Shown here: positions 49,078-52,839 of the stretch, piece after piece | How positions within the stretch are numbered: the stretch's first letter is position 1 | How the letters are laid out: the number at the start of each line of letters is the position of its first letter | Source of the DNA: Octopus bimaculoides | Taxonomy: Eukaryota | Length of the DNA: 52,839 nt | NCBI RefSeq assembly: GCF_001194135.2 | Contig: NC_068984.1 | Coordinates: 118,852,150 to 118,904,988 of the forward strand | Direction of reading: 5' to 3' | Program-made: the position numbers and the translations under genes | Notes under the pieces: generated by a model | The model's database searches: none | The model's input: the letters and a program-made list of their open reading frames with translations, nothing else | Told to the model about the DNA's origin: nothing

Positions 49078-49429
49078 GAACAGATGATAATCTTGTAAAT
49101 GTTTGTTTCTTTGTGGGTAGTTATGTATGTATACACTATGTATATATATACATAATCTTATGTATGTATATACAATGTATGTAAACATAATTTGTATGTG
49201 TGTGCGTGTGTGTGCGTATGTGTGTATCTCAGTCCTACCTATGGATTCTAATTAATGATATTCATAATGTTTGCCAGACATTTTAACAGTTATTCACATT
49301 ATTTCTTCCAACAAGATGCATATCAGGCTGGCTTTTCATTTTTTTCTGTTACTTTTTCTTTCAGATATCACACTCTTGATTTTTTTATTTTTTTTCTGCT
49401 ATTTCCATATTTATAACAACATAACAACA

Positions 49430-49640
49430 TAACAGAACCAAGACATACTTCAGCTCTGGTCAGCTCATAACTCTCCTCAAAGCTCAGGTGAAACCCATAA
49501 TGGAATACTGCTCCCATGTCTGGGACAGTGTCCCTACTAACATTCCAAATGAAAACCATTTTATTAATTGACAGAATCTCCCTCACCAACAAACAACAAC
49601 CAATGACTCACAGATCAACTCTATCCATCTCATCCCACTG
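49430..49640 (+). mobile_element. CR1/Jockey-group LINE fragment (post-RT region)
   Basis: RTKTYFSSGQLITLLKAQVKPIMEYCSHVWDS matches the LYKAQ(V/I)RP.MEYCSH.W motif. Confidence 0.7.
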
Positions 49641-50270
49641 ATCTCAAAGGACATGCAAAGGTCAAAGGGCAATGCCTCTCCTTCCTGACTAAACTTGATC
49701 ATATCTGTGTGAATGTAGATTATATATATATGCATAGTATACATATGTAGGTAAATATATATATATATACACATATACATACATATACATTCTTATATTC
49801 TTTGAAACAAGCATATATGTACATATACATACACATATATAAGCAGACATACCACACACACACATCATATGTATATATATATATATCTTCTGAACTATTG
49901 GAACTTGTTGAACCATCAAACCCAAGCCACCTTAGAAAGCAGATATGAAATGACAATAACATGACAACAATGATGATGATTTATATATATACATACATGC
50001 ATACATACATACATACATACATGGTAGTGGTGGTTGTCTACTCCTTATGCAGAGTTTGACCACCTCCTGTACCTACACCTTAGAACTGTCATGGCATCTG
50101 ATGTGGCTTTTTAAACTAGACAATGTTTTGGAAAGACACCCACATAGATTGCATATCTAATTTGGACCACCAAGAGCTGCAGATAAGTTCTGATCTTTGC
50201 GGATCTTAACATGTATTTTGAGACCTCAGTTAGATTTGCAAACCTTCTTGTCCTCATCTTGTTTGTTGTT

Positions 50271-50316
50271 AACACAACGTTTCGGTTGATATACCCTCCA
50301 GCCTTCATCAGGTGTC
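50271..50316 (-). ncRNA. Minimal type-I hammerhead ribozyme motif (left arm)
   Basis: GACAC-CUGAUGA-A-GGCUG..CAACC-GAA-ACGU-U-GUGUU: stem I 5 bp, stem II with one C-A mismatch, and palindromic ACGU. Confidence 0.7.
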
Positions 50317-50398
50317 TTGGGGAAATTTCGAACCTGAGTTCTCATTCTTAAGGTATTTTTCGATGTTGTTGTTGTTCTTCTTCTTCTTCTTCTTCTTA

Positions 50399-50430
<32 letters not shown>

Positions 50431-50433
<3 letters not shown>

Positions 50434-50510
50434 CAGGTCACTGCCTGGAATTGAACTCGGAATCTTGGGGTTAGTAGCCTGTGCTCTTAACCACTACACC
50501 ATATGCCCAC
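50431..50510 (-). promoter_or_regulatory. tRNA-derived Pol III head (A and B boxes), not a tRNA gene
   Basis: gtgggcatatggtgtagtggttaagagcacaggctactaaccccaagattccgagttcaattccaggcagtgacc, with A box tggtgtagtggt and B box gagttcaattcc. Confidence 0.75.
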
Positions 50511-50597
50511 AGGCATATTAATAATAATAATAATAATAACAACAACAACATCGAAAAATACCATAGGAATGAGAACCCAGGTTTGAAATTTCCCCAA

Positions 50598-50643
50598 AAC
50601 ACCTGATGAAGGCTGGAAGGTATATCAGTCGAAACATTGTGTT
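50598..50643 (+). ncRNA. Minimal type-I hammerhead ribozyme motif (right arm)
   Basis: AACAC-CUGAUGA-A-GGCUG..CAGUC-GAA-ACAU-U-GUGUU: stems I and II intact, but the stem III palindrome is broken (ACAU). Confidence 0.65.
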
Positions 50644-50950
50644 AACAACAAAGATGAGGACAAATATCCATCAAATGTCCATAATGTATATATATATATA
50701 TATATATATATAACAAAACACCTTGGGTGGTGAGTAAGATGGTTAGTATCATTCTGCCATCAGATTGTCTCTGGGCCACCATGCCAGGTGCTAAGTGGTG
50801 TACAAGAGTACACCGAGCATGTCTGACGATGGGGCTGCCCCACAGCGACAGCTCACCTGCTTGTTGATGCCCAACCATTGTCTGATATTACAGATCTTCT
50901 ACTTGGTCACAATAACATTCAAGTATACATGTATGTATGTGTTTATATAA

Positions 50951-51145
50951 GTGCTGAAAAGTTCTTGGCTTTAGGTAAAAGAAAATACAAGATGATCAGT
51001 TAATTATGATTTTATTGAACATATTCCACGCTTAGATTCACACACTTATTGCAGCAGCCCTTCAGTTTTTCTAAACTCTGTAAAAGAACTCAGGCCTCCA
51101 ACCAGGCCTTTTGTGATACCCTTAAAGTCAGGAACTTTTCAGCAC
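50951..51145. mobile_element. Mariner-type MITE (195 bp)
   Basis: TIRs gtgctgaaaagttcttggcttta and taaagtcaggaacttttcagcac match at 21/23. A partial copy is at 32916-33075. Confidence 0.82.
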
Positions 51146-52184
51146 CAACTCATCCATATATACATACATACACATCTACAACTGGCAATTATACCTTTGT
51201 TTATTTCCTATTCTATGTACTGAACATGGTCAACTTTTTAACCATCATTACCAACTCTTCTACCTTTTATCTACTTCTATATTCTCATTACAACAAACAA
51301 GTCTTGCTCAGTTTCTTGTAACAATATTGAAAGAAACCTATGAGCTCATATCATTTATTAATCTATAATTATCTGATCATCTTAATATTGTGGAGCACTA
51401 GCACACTTCATGAAGTCCTCCATTAACTTGTAATTAATTAGAATAATACCCTCAGTGATGAGAATGACAGCAGGTATCTTTGGTCTTTTCCCTTGTTATT
51501 CTTTCATCTTCAATACTACATTCATTAGCTAACATCCTATTACACTTTGCTCCCTTGATTCACTCCCTTAATGCCCTCTCTTTCCTCAGGTCCCCTCCTA
51601 ACTATATCATGAAAGACACTGTTGCCTTTTCCCTATTTTAATTGACTTCCATTAGTTCAGCTATCAATTATCAATTAATTTCCTCATCATCTAGCTCTGT
51701 TCATTTGCCATATCTCTTGCTAACACTTTCTCTTATCACTTCTCTGTTCCTCCTATTCGTCTCTTTCTTTATTTTATTTTATTTGTTTTCTTTAGTTATA
51801 TCATTGCTTTCCTTTCTTTCATCTTCAATCTCATACATATTCTTTCTTTCTCTCTTGTTCACTCATATATGGTAGCAATTTTTCATGCTCATTTCAATAC
51901 TGCTTTTTTTGGATACTCATTAAGTGCTCAATCAGTAATTAATCAACAATAATCACTATAATTTCATGGAATTAGAGGGCGCCTGCAACAGCAAGATTCA
52001 GTTTCAAAGAGGAGCAGAAAGAGAGATACATATGTTCAGAAAAGAAGGAATATATAATGTTTTGTGATTCAGTGATTCGGTTCCTTACTTTCTCATATCA
52101 GGAAAAAAATATAATTTCTAATAAGTCTCTTCAATGTCCACTTTAAGATGTCCTAAAAGATCAAACAGAATTCATTGCAGCAGA

Positions 52185-52774
52185 TTTTCTATGGTCAAAT
52201 GCCCTTTCTGTTGTGGACACTGATCCTATCATGAACTCTCATGTAAACGTCTCCATAGCAGAACACGTCTATGCGGAAGTCTGGAAATGAGGACAACTTC
52301 TTGTATGATGGTAACATTCATTGAGTGCTATTGCATGTATGTATGTGCACATATATTGTATTCATGCATATATATAGTGTATGTATGCATATATATACAC
52401 ATATATATTCACCAGCATTCACTTTTATGGGTGTGTAAGTACGCACAAAGTTTCCTCATTTGTTTATTCATGTATTTACTTATTGAAACAGTATAACAGC
52501 CACACTATTTGAGGAAAGATGAATCATCCATGTAACATTGTAATTGCTTTTGTAGTTTGTTCTATACCAATCAAAGGAAATGCTATTATCACCAGTACAT
52601 AAATTCACAACACCTTGGTGATCCTGTCATGAACTCTTGTGTAAACATGTCCTCATAGCAGGACATGTTTGCATGGAAGACTGGAAATGAGGGTGACTTC
52701 TTGTATGATGGTGACATTCATTGACAACTATTGCATGATGTCAAAGACAAGGCAATACACTCACACACACACAC

Positions 52775-52839
<65 letters not shown>
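52185..52839 (-). repeat. Two copies of one dispersed repeat (52185-52345 and 52617-52760) ending in (CA)n
   Basis: tgatcct.tcatgaactct..tgtaaac...ctggaaatgagg..acttcttgtatgatggt.acattcattga occurs twice. Related sequence is at 250-400 and 9190-9300. Confidence 0.75.

Larger units (their letters stand above)
50248..50663. mobile_element. Fold-back element: ~125-bp inverted arms, each with a hammerhead motif, around microsatellites and a tRNA-like head
   Basis: 50248-50375 is the reverse complement of 50541-50663 with roughly 90% identity by eye. The centre, 50431-50510, is a tRNA-like head on the - strand. Confidence 0.85.

Noticed and set aside
1111-49188. Many long ORFs made of X, YI, HT, CV, LSIY, poly-N, poly-L or poly-R
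   Set aside because: They are translations of gaps and microsatellites.
50431-50510. Functional tRNA gene
   Set aside because: A and B boxes are present, but the acceptor and anticodon stems do not pair well. It is treated as a SINE-type head.
50823-50850. CUGACGA-U-GGGG-CUG-CCCC hammerhead-like start
   Set aside because: It is followed by ACAG rather than GAAA, and there is no stem I partner.
51642-51875. 77-aa hydrophobic ORF resembling a membrane peptide
   Set aside because: It is a low-complexity T/C-rich tract that encodes F, L and S by composition alone.

Overview
AT-rich, microsatellite-dense eukaryotic DNA with 11 assembly gaps: 1151-1824, 6803-7139, 9463-9472, 13138-13147, 19541-19580, 21130-21429, 22063-22162, 23249-23640, 29189-29256, 36959-37700 and 48691-49007. 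The repeat families look like those I know from Octopus genomes (an inference, not searched). I could not identify an intact host protein-coding gene. Almost all ORFs in the track are microsatellite or gap artefacts, or pieces of transposons. The window is a layered record of transposon insertions. DNA transposons: one full-length and two partial DD34D mariner fossils, DD37D (maT-type) fragments, a decayed hAT (Charlie/SPIN-like) transposase and several MITEs. LINE fragments: RTE, L1/Tx1, CR1/Jockey-group and R4/Dong-like. There are also many copies of at least three modular tRNA-derived SINE families. The most unusual object is a ~415-bp fold-back element at 50248-50663. Its two inverted arms each carry a minimal type-I hammerhead ribozyme motif of the Penelope/retrozyme kind, and they enclose a tRNA-like Pol III head. 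A second, unrelated minimal hammerhead motif lies at 27375-27410. Other points of note are a pre-miRNA-like hairpin (8477-8554), a PHD-type finger inside an RTE reverse transcriptase, LINE 3' ends that share their tail with a SINE family, and several nested insertions whose junctions can be read exactly. All alignments and translations were done by eye.
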